The notes under the pieces: model-generated
Database searches by the model: none
The model's input: only the letters and a program-made list of their open reading frames with translations
Told to the model about the DNA's origin: nothing
From: a bacterium
Lineage (GTDB): Bacteria; Hinthialibacterota; Hinthialibacteria; Hinthialibacterales; Hinthialibacteraceae
Length of the DNA: 64,000 bases
Reading direction: 5' to 3'
NCBI GenBank assembly: GCA_963662285.2
Contig: CAXXMV010000006.1
Location: 1,824,001 to 1,888,000 of the forward strand
Made by a program: the position numbers and the translations under genes
Part shown: piece by piece, positions 50,109 through 60,748 of the stretch
Layout of the letters: the number at the start of each line of letters is the position of its first letter
Numbering within the stretch: the first letter of the stretch is position 1

Positions 50109-51302
50109 ATGAAAAATTCCAATCGCTTTCTATATTTTCTACTAACAATATCAATTCTACTTTGTGTATTCAGTTCTTCAGAAGGCTTGTGCAGAGATTC
50201 TTACTCTCAATGGGAAAACGGGCTTTCCAATAATCCTGATTATTTCCCTATCGCTGTCTGGCTGCAGAATCCCCGCAATGCTGAGAAATATAAAGCCATT
50301 GGCGTTAATCTATACATCGGTCTATGGCAAGGCCCCACTGAACAACAACTTAAAGACCTCAAACAAGCGGGAATGCGGGTAATTTGCAGCCAGAATGCCT
50401 TTGGTTTAGCTAATCTGAATAATCCCACCATCGCCGCCTGGATGCATCAGGACGAACCGGATAACGCGCAACCAGTGGTTGATTCTGAAACCGGTAAGAA
50501 AACCTATGGTCCGCCAGTTAAACCAACCAAGATATTTGAAGACTATAAGAAACTGCAAAAAAACGATCCAACCCGTCCTATTTTGCTCAATCTGGGTCAG
50601 GGAGTCGCCAACGACGAGTGGAAAGGCCGGGGCAGCTGGGGTAAGAAGGAAGACTATCCCGGTTATGCCAGGGGATGCGATATTTTGTCGTTCGACGTAT
50701 ATCCCGTAGCAGGCATTCAAAAACCGGATGGAGAGAATTACTTATGGTATATCGCCAAAGGATTGAAGCGATTAGCAGTTTGGAGCAACCAAGAGAAAAT
50801 ACTCTGGAATTGTATAGAGTGCACCCATATCAGCAATGAAAAAGCCAAGGCTACTCCACATCAGGTTAAAGCCGAAGTCTGGATGTCGATCATTCACGGC
50901 TCCAAGGGCATTATCTATTTTGTGCATGAGTTTAAGCCTAAATTCAAAGAGGCTGCATTACTTGATGATGCCATAATGAGAGAAGCCGTCAGCCAAATCA
51001 ACCATCAAATACACTCTCTGGCGCCAGTATTGAATACGCCAATGGTGGAAGAACTAATATCGGTTGAATCATCAACTCAAGATGCTCCTATAGCGATTGC
51101 TTGCAAGAAATATAATAATGCAACCTATGTGTTTGCCGTAGGAATGCGCAACCGAGAAACGCAGGGGAAATTTACAGTTAATATTCAGGGATTAAATAAG
51201 AAAGTTACAGTCTTAAACGAAAATAGGGAAATTTTGATGAAGGACAGTTGTTTTACTGATCATTTCAATCCATACGACGTCCATATTTACAAAATTGATT
51301 AA
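50109..51302 (+). CDS. Secreted glycoside-hydrolase-like TIM-barrel hypothetical protein
   Basis: Signal peptide; QDEPDN, SFDVYP, WMSIIHG motifs. Confidence 0.6.
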   Translation: MKNSNRFLYFLLTISILLCVFSSSEGLCRDSYSQWENGLSNNPDYFPIAVWLQNPRNAEKYKAIGVNLYIGLWQGPTEQQLKDLKQAGMRVICSQNAFGLANLNNPTIAAWMHQDEPDNAQPVVDSETGKKTYGPPVKPTKIFEDYKKLQKNDPTRPILLNLGQGVANDEWKGRGSWGKKEDYPGYARGCDILSFDVYPVAGIQKPDGENYLWYIAKGLKRLAVWSNQEKILWNCIECTHISNEKAKATPHQVKAEVWMSIIHGSKGIIYFVHEFKPKFKEAALLDDAIMREAVSQINHQIHSLAPVLNTPMVEELISVESSTQDAPIAIACKKYNNATYVFAVGMRNRETQGKFTVNIQGLNKKVTVLNENREILMKDSCFTDHFNPYDVHIYKID

Positions 51303-51329
51303 TGAGTAAACGGTAAAAAAAGTCAAAAA

Positions 51330-51782
51330 TCAACTTTTATTTTTTTTCTCAATATAAACCATGCCTGTTCGCTGGACGTTGTTTTCCACTTGAGGAACAA
51401 CTTCCATGATATTATTCATTTGCACCTTCTTTTTCCTTTGATCAGCTAATTTTGTTCTAACCACATCTCCTAATGTAAATCCACTATCTTTAAGGTCCTT
51501 GTATAATGGAGGTGGAACCCGCAAGGAATTTATATCATTCTTCTCAAGCCAGTTTTTCATCAACCAACTCTTGATGAAAGCATGGTTTAATTGAACTCCA
51601 TTAGCAGCAGGAACATTCTTTAGCAATTCTTTCATCGGACAATAATCAGAATCAAAGCAATGGATATAGGCAAAGGTTGCCACTAAAAGGTCGAGTTCCT
51701 TCTCTTCACAATCCGGGCAGCAAATGCTTTTCTCTTCAATTAATTTAGCTTTATTACATATCTCACAGCGTTGAGTAGGCAT
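51330..51782 (-). CDS. Zinc-finger hypothetical protein (YvyF/flagellar-operon protein-like)
   Basis: CEICNK...CPDCEEKE, then a winged-helix-like IKSWLMKNWLE. Confidence 0.5.
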   Translation of the reverse strand: MPTQRCEICNKAKLIEEKSICCPDCEEKELDLLVATFAYIHCFDSDYCPMKELLKNVPAANGVQLNHAFIKSWLMKNWLEKNDINSLRVPPPLYKDLKDSGFTLGDVVRTKLADQRKKKVQMNNIMEVVPQVENNVQRTGMVYIEKKNKS

Positions 51783-51894
51783 TATTTTATCCGTTTTGAA
51801 ATATCTATATCTATATCAATATATTATAGTACTTTATTATAATTTTCAAAATTCATAAACAACATTATTGCATTTTTTTAATATCATAAATAAA

Positions 51895-51927
51895 TCCCCT
51901 TCGATCGAATATCTCGTCCGAAGGGGA
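51895..51927 (-). terminator. Hairpin downstream of mtnP
   Basis: TCCCCTTCG...CGAAGGGGA. Confidence 0.55.
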
Positions 51928-51981
51928 AATAAATGCGCTATCACTTAAATCTTATCATATAAATAATTATCAATACTTGAT

Positions 51982-52842
51982 TTACGAATTATATTTGCTT
52001 GATAAGAATTCAAAAGCTTCTTTACGTTCTTTTGGATAATCTTCAGGCTTGGTCATAATGGCGTTTTTGAGGGCTTCATTGCAATTGCATGAAACGCCGC
52101 GCTCTTCTGGAATTTTCGGAATTACCGTTTTGATAAGTTGTTTGAGGTTATCCGCATTTTTCATCAAATTTTGGATAATCATGTCGATTTCCACGTCTTC
52201 TTCATGCCAGCAGTCATAATCAGTGACAGCGGCTACGATGGCGTAGCAAATTTCCGCTTCTCGCGCTAATTTGGCTTCGGGTAAGGCGGTCATACCTATC
52301 AAATCCGCTCCCCAACTGCGGTAAAGATTTGATTCCGCACGAGTTGAGAAGAGTGGGCCTTCCATGCATACATAAGTTCCATCCGGATGAACGGTAATGC
52401 CGCATTCTTGTGCAGATTCAATTAATAACTGACGCAAAGGATTGCAGAATGGATCAGCGAAAGCAACGTGAACTGCAATGGGATCAAAAAAAGTACTAGG
52501 GCGATGCTTGGTACGGTCAATTACCTGATCAGGCACTACGAAATCAAGGGGTTTTTTGTCAATTTGCAGACTTCCCACCGCATTGACAGCTATAATCCAT
52601 TCTACGCCCAGCTGTTTCAAGGCATAAATATTGGCCTGATATGGGACATTGGTAGGATTGTATTTATGCGAACGGCCATGACGCGGTAAAAAAGCCAGTT
52701 CCCGGCCCTCATATCTTCCAAGGCGGATATGATCCGATGGAGAACCGTAAGGCGTCCACAGATCCACCTCATCATGATATTCAACATCTTCCAAATTATA
52801 AACGCCAGAGCCACCAATTACGCCTATACGCGCTTTAGTCAT
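51982..52842 (-). CDS. mtnP: S-methyl-5'-thioadenosine phosphorylase
   Basis: GVIGGSG, PRHG, EGPLFSTRAES, GMTALPEAKLAREA, TDYDCW motifs. Confidence 0.95.
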   Translation of the reverse strand: MTKARIGVIGGSGVYNLEDVEYHDEVDLWTPYGSPSDHIRLGRYEGRELAFLPRHGRSHKYNPTNVPYQANIYALKQLGVEWIIAVNAVGSLQIDKKPLDFVVPDQVIDRTKHRPSTFFDPIAVHVAFADPFCNPLRQLLIESAQECGITVHPDGTYVCMEGPLFSTRAESNLYRSWGADLIGMTALPEAKLAREAEICYAIVAAVTDYDCWHEEDVEIDMIIQNLMKNADNLKQLIKTVIPKIPEERGVSCNCNEALKNAIMTKPEDYPKERKEAFEFLSSKYNS

Positions 52843-53059
52843 TAATATTTCTCCCTTCGAAAAATTCTATGTATTGATATATTTATTCTTAAGTATTATT
52901 TTAATTTATTGGTATTCTTCAACAAATAAACGACAATGAATATCACCTAATCATTGCATTAAACACCATATTAAGGCTACCATAAGATAGCGGCGACAAT
53001 GGGTCAAGCCGATGCGCCATCATTGATTCATTAAAAGAGAGAATACTGGAGAAATTTGT

Positions 53060-53956
53060 ATGATTCGTAGTATGACTGGATATTGCAGTGTTCGTGAGAA
53101 AATTGGCGATGCTACCGTCAGCCTGGAAATCAAGACATTGAATCATCGGGGATTTGACGTCCATTTCCATTCATCAAGGGTAATGGCCATGCTGGATGTT
53201 CCCGTTCGCGAACTTATCCAGAAGAGCATCAAACGCGGTCGGGTGGAAATTTATCTGCGTTGCATCGGCGGATTGATAGCTCAGGATGTTATTAGACCCA
53301 ATGTGCAAGCGGCGCGCTGCTATTTGGATTCAGCGCAAAAAATTGCAGATGAACTGAATATGGATTTTACGCCGCGTATTGATTTTATCTTAAATCAAAA
53401 TGGCGTTCTCGAAGCAGAGGAACCGGAACTCGATCTGGAGCAGACCTGGGACATGGTTAAAGGTCTTGCTGAACACGCTATTCAGTCTGTTCTTGAAATG
53501 AAGCATAACGAAGGCGCCCGGCTTAAGACAGAACTCGAAAAAATCCTTCTGCACCTGGAAACATTAAACAACGAAGTAAAGAAATTACGCGAAAACATCA
53601 ATGAAGAATATCGTGAGAAAATCCTCACTCGTATCAATGAATGGAATACGCAACTTGATCTGGACCCGAATCGGGTTCTGCAGGAAGTTGCTTTTTATAC
53701 TGACCGCTCAGACGTTCAAGAGGAAATATCACGCTTGCAAAGCCACATAGAACAATTTAAGGAAATATTAAACAGCAATGGCGGCGATGATTCATATACT
53801 CCTATTGGACGCCGTCTTGATTTTCTATGCCAGGAAATGTTCCGCGAAGTCAATACCATTGGTTCTAAAAGTTCATCTATCGATATCGTTCGTAATGTAC
53901 TTGATTTAAAAGGCGCAACCGAACAATTGCGCGAGCAAGTGCAGAATGTGGAATAA
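53060..53956 (+). CDS. yicC: YicC/YloC family endoribonuclease
   Basis: MIRSMTG, EEISRL, GRRLDFLCQEMFREVNTIGSK, REQVQNVE motifs. Confidence 0.95.
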   Translation: MIRSMTGYCSVREKIGDATVSLEIKTLNHRGFDVHFHSSRVMAMLDVPVRELIQKSIKRGRVEIYLRCIGGLIAQDVIRPNVQAARCYLDSAQKIADELNMDFTPRIDFILNQNGVLEAEEPELDLEQTWDMVKGLAEHAIQSVLEMKHNEGARLKTELEKILLHLETLNNEVKKLRENINEEYREKILTRINEWNTQLDLDPNRVLQEVAFYTDRSDVQEEISRLQSHIEQFKEILNSNGGDDSYTPIGRRLDFLCQEMFREVNTIGSKSSSIDIVRNVLDLKGATEQLREQVQNVE

Positions 53957-53979
53957 AAAAATTATAGGGTAACCAATGT

Positions 53980-54014
53980 TCCCTCTTCCTCCGGGAGAGG
54001 GCTAGGGTGAGGGG
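53980..54014 (+). repeat. CCCTCTCCC..GGGAGAGGG-type palindromic repeat
   Basis: CCCTCTTCCTCCGGGAGAGGGCTAGGGTGAGGGG; same type as elements at about 17184 and 17394. Confidence 0.65.
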
Positions 54015-54170
54015 TATCCGTAGACAAGTTATTTATTTCCGTTTCATCTTTGATGTGTAAAAACATGTAATATTTTAAGCATCCATAACCTATCCCCTGG
54101 GATTATTTAATCAAATAATGATTAATAGATTGATTCGTGAAAGACTATTTCAATATAAACGGTCGAATCC

Positions 54171-55898
54171 ATGCCATTAATCACTCCAAGAAGACGATTC
54201 CTTATTATTGCGCCGCTTGCCCTTCTACTGCCGGCGGGACTGCTTACATTTCTTGGACTGGAAACGGTTCGGGGGTTAGAAAAGCAATATGGGGAAATGG
54301 CTAATCTCAAAGTTGAAGAGATCGTCAATCAAGTTCGCAACACTACCAGCAATAAAGTCATCTACACCATCCAGGAGCCTTTCAAGAAAATATTCGACCT
54401 GGAAGGCGTCAAACAATTCAAATCTTTACCATTGGAAGATGGATTCTCTTTCTCGTTGACCGATTCCCTGCCCGCCGTCGATATGATTTTTGTCTATGGA
54501 TCAGACCACAAGTTGTATTTTTTTAAAAGACAGAAAATCATTAACGACAGCGATGATGATAAAAAATCCACCTGGATTCTTTCTTCGGATGATTTGACCG
54601 ATTTTTCGAACCGTATAAAAAGCGCAATCAATGTAAATATCACATCTCTGCTGGAAGCTATTGATAAGGATATTTTGCCTCTTTCCCAAAGAAATTTTCA
54701 GACGCTTCGTTACCCGGATAATATCTATCCTCTGGATGGCCGTCGAGAATTAGCCTTTTATACTATCACTAATATTGAACAACCCTCCAATAAAACATCC
54801 TGGCTTCAAGCTATTGGTATTACTATTAATTTTGAGTATATCAATAGCACCTTTTTTAATAATATGCTGGATGAAATGTGGCTTCACTTACAGCATACGA
54901 TTGCCATCGAAGACTCTTTGATTCAACAACGCGTAGCTCAAGTGATTGATTCAAGCGAAGGAACCATGAGGGAAAGTTCAACCTTTCGTCCTACAATTTT
55001 TCACAATAATTATTTCCCATGGTATAAATTACATTTTTCCGCTTCTATCGGTGAAGAATATATCCAGATCGCCAATTATCATAAACTCTTCTATTACAGT
55101 TTAATTGCTGTAGCCAATATTATTATGATCGCATCAGTGATTGGCGCATTACGTAATATCTCCAAAGAATTAGCTCTGTCCGATTTACGGTCAAACTTTG
55201 TAGCTCGCGTATCTCACGAGTTGCGCACTCCCCTGGGATTGATTCGTTTATATTCTGAAACGCTTGAAATGAATCGCGCCAAGAACGAGCAGAAGCGCAA
55301 GGAATATCTTCACGCCATAACTAAAGAGAGCGAACGCCTTACCCATATGATCAACAATATTCTGAATTTCTCCCGAATCGAAGCTAATAGCGAGCATTAT
55401 TCCTTCTCTTCAGCTTCAATCGAACCGGTGATTATGGATACGGTTGATACAATGCGCTATCATTTAGAACGTAATGGACTATCCATTCACGTCGCAGTCG
55501 ATCCTGATTTACCATTAGTACAATGCGATACAGATGCCTTACAACAAGCTCTCTATAATCTTCTGAATAATGCTATGAAATATTCAGGTGATGGTAAGGA
55601 GATTTTAGTACGCGCTTATTCAAAGAAAAAAACTGTCATAATTGATATTACCGACTATGGCATCGGGATAGATCCGGCGCATCAAGAGCATATATTCAAC
55701 GAATTTTACCGCGTTGATGATCCAGCGGTGCGTGAAACCGGCGGCAGCGGTTTAGGTCTCGCCGTTGTCAAACATATCGTTGAAGCTCATCAAGGACATT
55801 TGAGCGTCAATAGCAAGACAGGTAAAGGCAGCACTTTCAGCATCCATTTGCCCATTATAAATAACGAGACAGATAATTATGACGATGCTTCCTCATAG
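54171..55898 (+). CDS. Membrane sensor histidine kinase
   Basis: Two TM segments; SHELRTPL, NAMKYS, DYGIG, GSGLGL motifs. Confidence 0.95.
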   Translation: MPLITPRRRFLIIAPLALLLPAGLLTFLGLETVRGLEKQYGEMANLKVEEIVNQVRNTTSNKVIYTIQEPFKKIFDLEGVKQFKSLPLEDGFSFSLTDSLPAVDMIFVYGSDHKLYFFKRQKIINDSDDDKKSTWILSSDDLTDFSNRIKSAINVNITSLLEAIDKDILPLSQRNFQTLRYPDNIYPLDGRRELAFYTITNIEQPSNKTSWLQAIGITINFEYINSTFFNNMLDEMWLHLQHTIAIEDSLIQQRVAQVIDSSEGTMRESSTFRPTIFHNNYFPWYKLHFSASIGEEYIQIANYHKLFYYSLIAVANIIMIASVIGALRNISKELALSDLRSNFVARVSHELRTPLGLIRLYSETLEMNRAKNEQKRKEYLHAITKESERLTHMINNILNFSRIEANSEHYSFSSASIEPVIMDTVDTMRYHLERNGLSIHVAVDPDLPLVQCDTDALQQALYNLLNNAMKYSGDGKEILVRAYSKKKTVIIDITDYGIGIDPAHQEHIFNEFYRVDDPAVRETGGSGLGLAVVKHIVEAHQGHLSVNSKTGKGSTFSIHLPIINNETDNYDDASS

Positions 55899-58089
55899 AG
55901 ATTATTCTTCTGACGCCAATAAATCACTTGCTGCGCGTCTTTGTCGAAAGTTATCGCTCTGCCTCTTCCTGCTGCCGGTTGCATTAGTTCCGGGGCTATT
56001 CAGCTCTTTAAACACCAATACGATTGTGATCAAAGAGACTATTTTACAATTCTCTCTTATATGGATTATTCTAATTCTGCCGATTGTTTGGTTGCAGGAA
56101 CATATTGATAAAGTTAACTGCATCTCATGGAAAATTCCTAACCATCTTTTTATTATTCTTATATCATTATTGACATATCTATATATATCATCCACCTGGA
56201 TATCCGGCCATCCCCGCGCAGCTCATGAATTCCTCAAATGGGCTTGTTACATCCTGCTGACCTTGGTTACCATTCCATTCGTTATAAACCGCCGCCGTTT
56301 TCATCTCTACCTGACCATTACAGTCTTCACCGCATTAATAATCAGCATCTACGCAATCGGACAGGCTTTCGAGATTGATTATATATATGAAGACTGGGAT
56401 CCGTTTCTGATGGGCGTTGCAGGAGTGCGCCGGGTATGCGGCACGATGGGCAATCCCGATTTTCTGGCCGGATACCTGGTAGGTATAATTCCACTTACCC
56501 TGGTATTATCATTATCCTGCGCAGGCTATTTACGGTTCATCCTGTTGGGTATTTCTCTTATCGAACTGATCGCAATGTTTTACACCTACAGCCGTGGCGC
56601 GGCGCTCGCCTTATGCATCACTGGTTTTATTCTTATTGCCTCTTTAGCATTCTTATGGATTAAGAATCCCGAATTATTGCGCCCGGTCATGTCGAAACGC
56701 AGCGCTATTGTATGCCTCTGCGTCTTGATCATTATCGGATTATGCATTGGCGTGTTTATGTGGGATGCTATATCGGTCAACCTGAACCGTCTTACCCAAT
56801 TAGGAGAAGACGTTTCAAGTTTGAGCCGTCTCTATTTTTGGGGCGGCGCTCTTGAAATGTGGAAGGCTCATCCTATCACCGGACTAGGCATCGGAACCTT
56901 CACCATATTCTTCCCTGAGTTCCGCTCTCAGAAATTAGCTTCCCTTCAGTCTTTCAAGGATTTCTACGTCGAACACGCCCACTGTGAATATCTGGAAATT
57001 CTGGCGGAAACTGGACTGATCGGCTTCGGTTTATATGCTCTCTTCTTTATAGCATTTTCAATATACATCTGGAAATTTATAATAAGAAATACTCAATGGG
57101 AGAGCCTGGTTCTCTTTGGATTATGGACTGGCATGGCCGGGATTTTGATCCATAACCTTTTTACAGTTACCCTGCGCTTTACTCCCAGCGCATTTATTCT
57201 ATGGTCATTCTGCGGCGCCGCTATCGGCGTCAGAGCCTCAATGACCCAAACGCATAAATCACCTTCGATACAGCTCAAAAGCCTTATCAGCATCATCCTT
57301 CTGGCAGCCGTACCATTCTTATTCATCAGCGCCGTGAAGAATTATGTTGGCGACTACCAGATACGCCAAGCTAAAGCATGGTTATCGGAATGCGATATAC
57401 AGGAATCTCAGCGTCATAACCATGAGTTGCTAGAAAAAACTTTCACGGTGTTGCATAAAAGCATCGAACTGGCCCCTCATCAAATATATAGTCATTTCCT
57501 GCTCGGTGTGGCGTATCACAAAGTATACGACTATCCTCAGGCGGTAGAATCATACAAACGGCTTGAAACCCTTCAAAAGGATTTCACCTCCAATCGCATG
57601 AATATCGGAATCAGTTATATGAAACAATCAGACTTGATTGGAGGAGCGTCGTATCTTCCTAACAAAGTCAAGCCTTTTCCCATTCTTTCTAACCAATGCC
57701 TGGATAATGCTCAAGACTGGCTGCTACAGGCTTTGCAAAGTGATCCGGAATCTCCAGATTACCACCTTTTCCTCGGTCGTACCTATTATCATAAGGGATT
57801 GTTCAATGCAGCGGAAAAATCTTTTTCCGCCGCATTGCGTTATAACCAATACAGGAAATTTAATAATAAATCTTACAGTGATCCTCTCATAGATACCCTG
57901 GTCTATCTGGGACGCGCCTTATTTTATCAACAGAAATATGAGGATGCCCGTAAATCATTTCTCGAAGCATTGCAAAAGATCGAAGCGCTGCCCAAGAACA
58001 AAGTCCTCCAGCCGGGACAACCTGATATGACGCCCGCCCTCAAATCAGAAATCAATAAATTCCTTAATTATATTGAAAAAAGCCAATAA
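55879..58089 (+). CDS. O-antigen ligase / O-oligosaccharyltransferase-like (Wzy_C) protein with TPRs
   Basis: GTMGNPD, TYSRGA, HPITGLGIGTF, HAHCEYLEILAETG motifs; C-terminal TPRs. Confidence 0.88.
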   Translation: MTMLPHRDYSSDANKSLAARLCRKLSLCLFLLPVALVPGLFSSLNTNTIVIKETILQFSLIWIILILPIVWLQEHIDKVNCISWKIPNHLFIILISLLTYLYISSTWISGHPRAAHEFLKWACYILLTLVTIPFVINRRRFHLYLTITVFTALIISIYAIGQAFEIDYIYEDWDPFLMGVAGVRRVCGTMGNPDFLAGYLVGIIPLTLVLSLSCAGYLRFILLGISLIELIAMFYTYSRGAALALCITGFILIASLAFLWIKNPELLRPVMSKRSAIVCLCVLIIIGLCIGVFMWDAISVNLNRLTQLGEDVSSLSRLYFWGGALEMWKAHPITGLGIGTFTIFFPEFRSQKLASLQSFKDFYVEHAHCEYLEILAETGLIGFGLYALFFIAFSIYIWKFIIRNTQWESLVLFGLWTGMAGILIHNLFTVTLRFTPSAFILWSFCGAAIGVRASMTQTHKSPSIQLKSLISIILLAAVPFLFISAVKNYVGDYQIRQAKAWLSECDIQESQRHNHELLEKTFTVLHKSIELAPHQIYSHFLLGVAYHKVYDYPQAVESYKRLETLQKDFTSNRMNIGISYMKQSDLIGGASYLPNKVKPFPILSNQCLDNAQDWLLQALQSDPESPDYHLFLGRTYYHKGLFNAAEKSFSAALRYNQYRKFNNKSYSDPLIDTLVYLGRALFYQQKYEDARKSFLEALQKIEALPKNKVLQPGQPDMTPALKSEINKFLNYIEKSQ

Positions 58090-58104
58090 AAATTGGCTTT
58101 TTTT
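58076..58104. terminator. Bidirectional terminator
   Basis: AAAAAAGCCAAT-AAAA-ATTGGCTTTTTTT between convergent genes. Confidence 0.7.
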
Positions 58105-58137
58105 TAACGCAAGGATGAATGTTATTAATCAAGCACT

Positions 58138-59724
58138 CTAATACAGTTCCCATATAACGCAGTTGGAAGGTTGAACTGAAATATCAGGAAAATCTTCGAC
58201 AAGCCGGGGAGCATATTGCTCAATAAGATCATACTCATCATTGAATAATCTTGAACTAGTTACAATTCCATTATTTCCTATGTGTAATTGCAATTCAGAT
58301 GAGAGTTCGTATTGAGGCCATTCAGGCAGCCCTTCTCCATTGGGATCGCCTGTGGCAGCGAAATTCACCCAGTATCGCCGCATAATTTTGCTTAATTCAC
58401 GGTCGGCTTCCAGAAATCCCAACTCTTCCCAAACATTGCCGAAAACATACTCTACCTCAACTCCGTGATAACACATGTCCCACATGTTAGGAATATAGGA
58501 GAAATAATAGTTATATACTGGTAATCCTTTTCCGCCAAAACTACGGGCAAGATAGCGGTCCGGCTCGCCAAACATGAAATGGGTAATCAATGCTGCTTGA
58601 ATATAAGGCGTTTCCTGGTTATTAGAAACAGGGAAACCTTCAAATATAGATTCTGCATCATCCCCAAAAAAGTAGTCAAGCCACATCATATAATCTTCAA
58701 TTGTTCCGTTTTCATCCGCCCACATAGCGCCGTCATCGCTGTTAATGCCCAGTAGCAAGGGAACTGGATTCACCAGCTCTGAATCCCACATTTTCCTAGG
58801 AGTAGTTGGATAGCACCACCCATCCATAGTAGGACCAAATTGCATATCTTTAACGGCAAGCAAAAGATCATCTATAGAAGCGGCTCTCATATCTTCTATG
58901 GGATTATCGGAATTTTCTAAACCAAGGCGTTTTTGTATCTCATAACCATTCTGTTCGGCTTGCTTCCAGGAACCATTGGCTTCTGAACTTACTACCATAT
59001 TACCAATCAGCGTACCGCTTTCAACAATAGCGCGATCAAAAAGTCCCTGCGCCAAGGGACAATTCAACAACAAAGAAACGCTAGAAGCTCCAGCGGATTC
59101 ACCAAAAACCGTTACGCAATCCGGATCGCCGCCAAATTGAGCGATGTTGTCTTGCACCCATTGCAATGCGGCTATCTGATCCAGGACGCCATAATTGCCT
59201 GCTACTTTAGGGCTGGTTTCATTACGAAGATCAGGATGAACCATAAAACCAAAGACGCCAAGCCGATAGTTTAATGTAACTACGATTACCCCTTCAGATG
59301 CCAATGTACTTCCTTCGTAATGATATTGAGAACCAGAACCCATTAAAAAAGCGCTGCCATGAATCCAGACCATCACAGGCAATGGTTCCTCATTAGTCGC
59401 TGCTGGAGTCCAGATATTTAAGAATAAACAGTCTTCACTCATGTTAGAATCGCCGATCAAATCTAAAAACCAATCTTTAATTTGAGGGCATACAGACCCG
59501 AATTGATCACATACAAGCGGATTAGTCCAGGGGATATGAGGCTGAGGCGCTTTCCAGCGCAGTTCACCAACTGGAGGCGCTGCGTATGGGATGCCCTTAA
59601 AAATTCTCAATCCATTTTCTTCAATCCCCACTATGGGACCTGCATTAGTTTGAATCTCTTCTGTTTGGGTAGCATTGACGATTAGGGGAAAAACTAAAGT
59701 TAACAACATTGCATAGATTTTCAT
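58138..59724 (-). CDS. Secreted type-B carboxylesterase with a WELY C-terminal tail
   Basis: GIPYAAPP, SEDCL, GESAG, HGVE motifs; signal peptide. Confidence 0.93.
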   Translation of the reverse strand: MKIYAMLLTLVFPLIVNATQTEEIQTNAGPIVGIEENGLRIFKGIPYAAPPVGELRWKAPQPHIPWTNPLVCDQFGSVCPQIKDWFLDLIGDSNMSEDCLFLNIWTPAATNEEPLPVMVWIHGSAFLMGSGSQYHYEGSTLASEGVIVVTLNYRLGVFGFMVHPDLRNETSPKVAGNYGVLDQIAALQWVQDNIAQFGGDPDCVTVFGESAGASSVSLLLNCPLAQGLFDRAIVESGTLIGNMVVSSEANGSWKQAEQNGYEIQKRLGLENSDNPIEDMRAASIDDLLLAVKDMQFGPTMDGWCYPTTPRKMWDSELVNPVPLLLGINSDDGAMWADENGTIEDYMMWLDYFFGDDAESIFEGFPVSNNQETPYIQAALITHFMFGEPDRYLARSFGGKGLPVYNYYFSYIPNMWDMCYHGVEVEYVFGNVWEELGFLEADRELSKIMRRYWVNFAATGDPNGEGLPEWPQYELSSELQLHIGNNGIVTSSRLFNDEYDLIEQYAPRLVEDFPDISVQPSNCVIWELY

Positions 59725-59868
59725 TTTTTTATCCTTGATGTTCTAGTAAAAATGGTGAAAAATAAAAGGATTCCGGTTAAAGATGAGTCGGCGAAAATTG
59801 AATGAAATTTTTCATATTCATAATAATTGATCCATTGAATATATATTACAAGCGCAATAATTCATGAA

Positions 59869-60540
59869 TCATTCTGATTGTAAAATTTCTTTAAATATTT
59901 CTTCATATTCTTCTTTTGATCTTCCCCCAACGAATTGATGCGCTTTTTTGCCGTCTGCATCATAAATAATGGTAAAAGGCATTGCTCCCATCCACTTATC
60001 ATCAATGGCGGAATTGATTTTTTTCTGATCCTCTTCCTGAAGGATAAAGGTCTCAAATTGGACTTTTAATTCTTTCATAACCTGGGGAACCTTATCGTTC
60101 GAGCCAGCCAACTTATCGCATGACGCCACTATAAAATCTATTTTATCCCCATACTCTTTTTGCAATTCGACAATATGAGGAAACTCCTGGATGCATGGTA
60201 TGCACCATATAGCCCAGAAATTGAGAAATAATGGTTTATTGTTTCGTTCGGAAATTCTCTTAAGAAGATCATCCAAAGATATATTAACAGCGGCTTTTTC
60301 ATAATCAAAATTATCGGTTTCTTCCGCAACCTGGGCTATATTGGATGGTTCAACCTTTTTTGAAGCAACCTGGGATTGGGCTTCTGAAGATTTATCTTTT
60401 TGGTTAAGAATTATTGTGGGAGTGGCTTTGGGCTGTGCAGAGATATTTATTTCAGATTTATCCGATTCTCCACATGAAAGCAACCATAAACTGGAAAAAA
60501 TAATTAAGCAAAATGGTAATATGATTCGTAAATTTTTCAT
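59869..60540 (-). CDS. TlpA-like thiol-disulfide reductase lipoprotein
   Basis: Lipobox LLS-C; NFWAIWCIPC; cis-Pro AMP. Confidence 0.9.
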   Translation of the reverse strand: MKNLRIILPFCLIIFSSLWLLSCGESDKSEINISAQPKATPTIILNQKDKSSEAQSQVASKKVEPSNIAQVAEETDNFDYEKAAVNISLDDLLKRISERNNKPLFLNFWAIWCIPCIQEFPHIVELQKEYGDKIDFIVASCDKLAGSNDKVPQVMKELKVQFETFILQEEDQKKINSAIDDKWMGAMPFTIIYDADGKKAHQFVGGRSKEEYEEIFKEILQSE

Positions 60541-60748
60541 TTTAATAACATTCCTTCGCAATATAAATTCATAATATATAAATCTTAAACGAAATGACTG
60601 TATGATTATAACGCATTATTCTGGAAATGCAGTGATAGGCAGCTGCGAGAGTTGAAGCATTGTAAGGGCATGGTAAAGTATATTCTAGATGTTGCTGAAC
60701 GTCAGCATCATTTCTAAAACGACCTTATTAGACGATAAAAGGAATATT

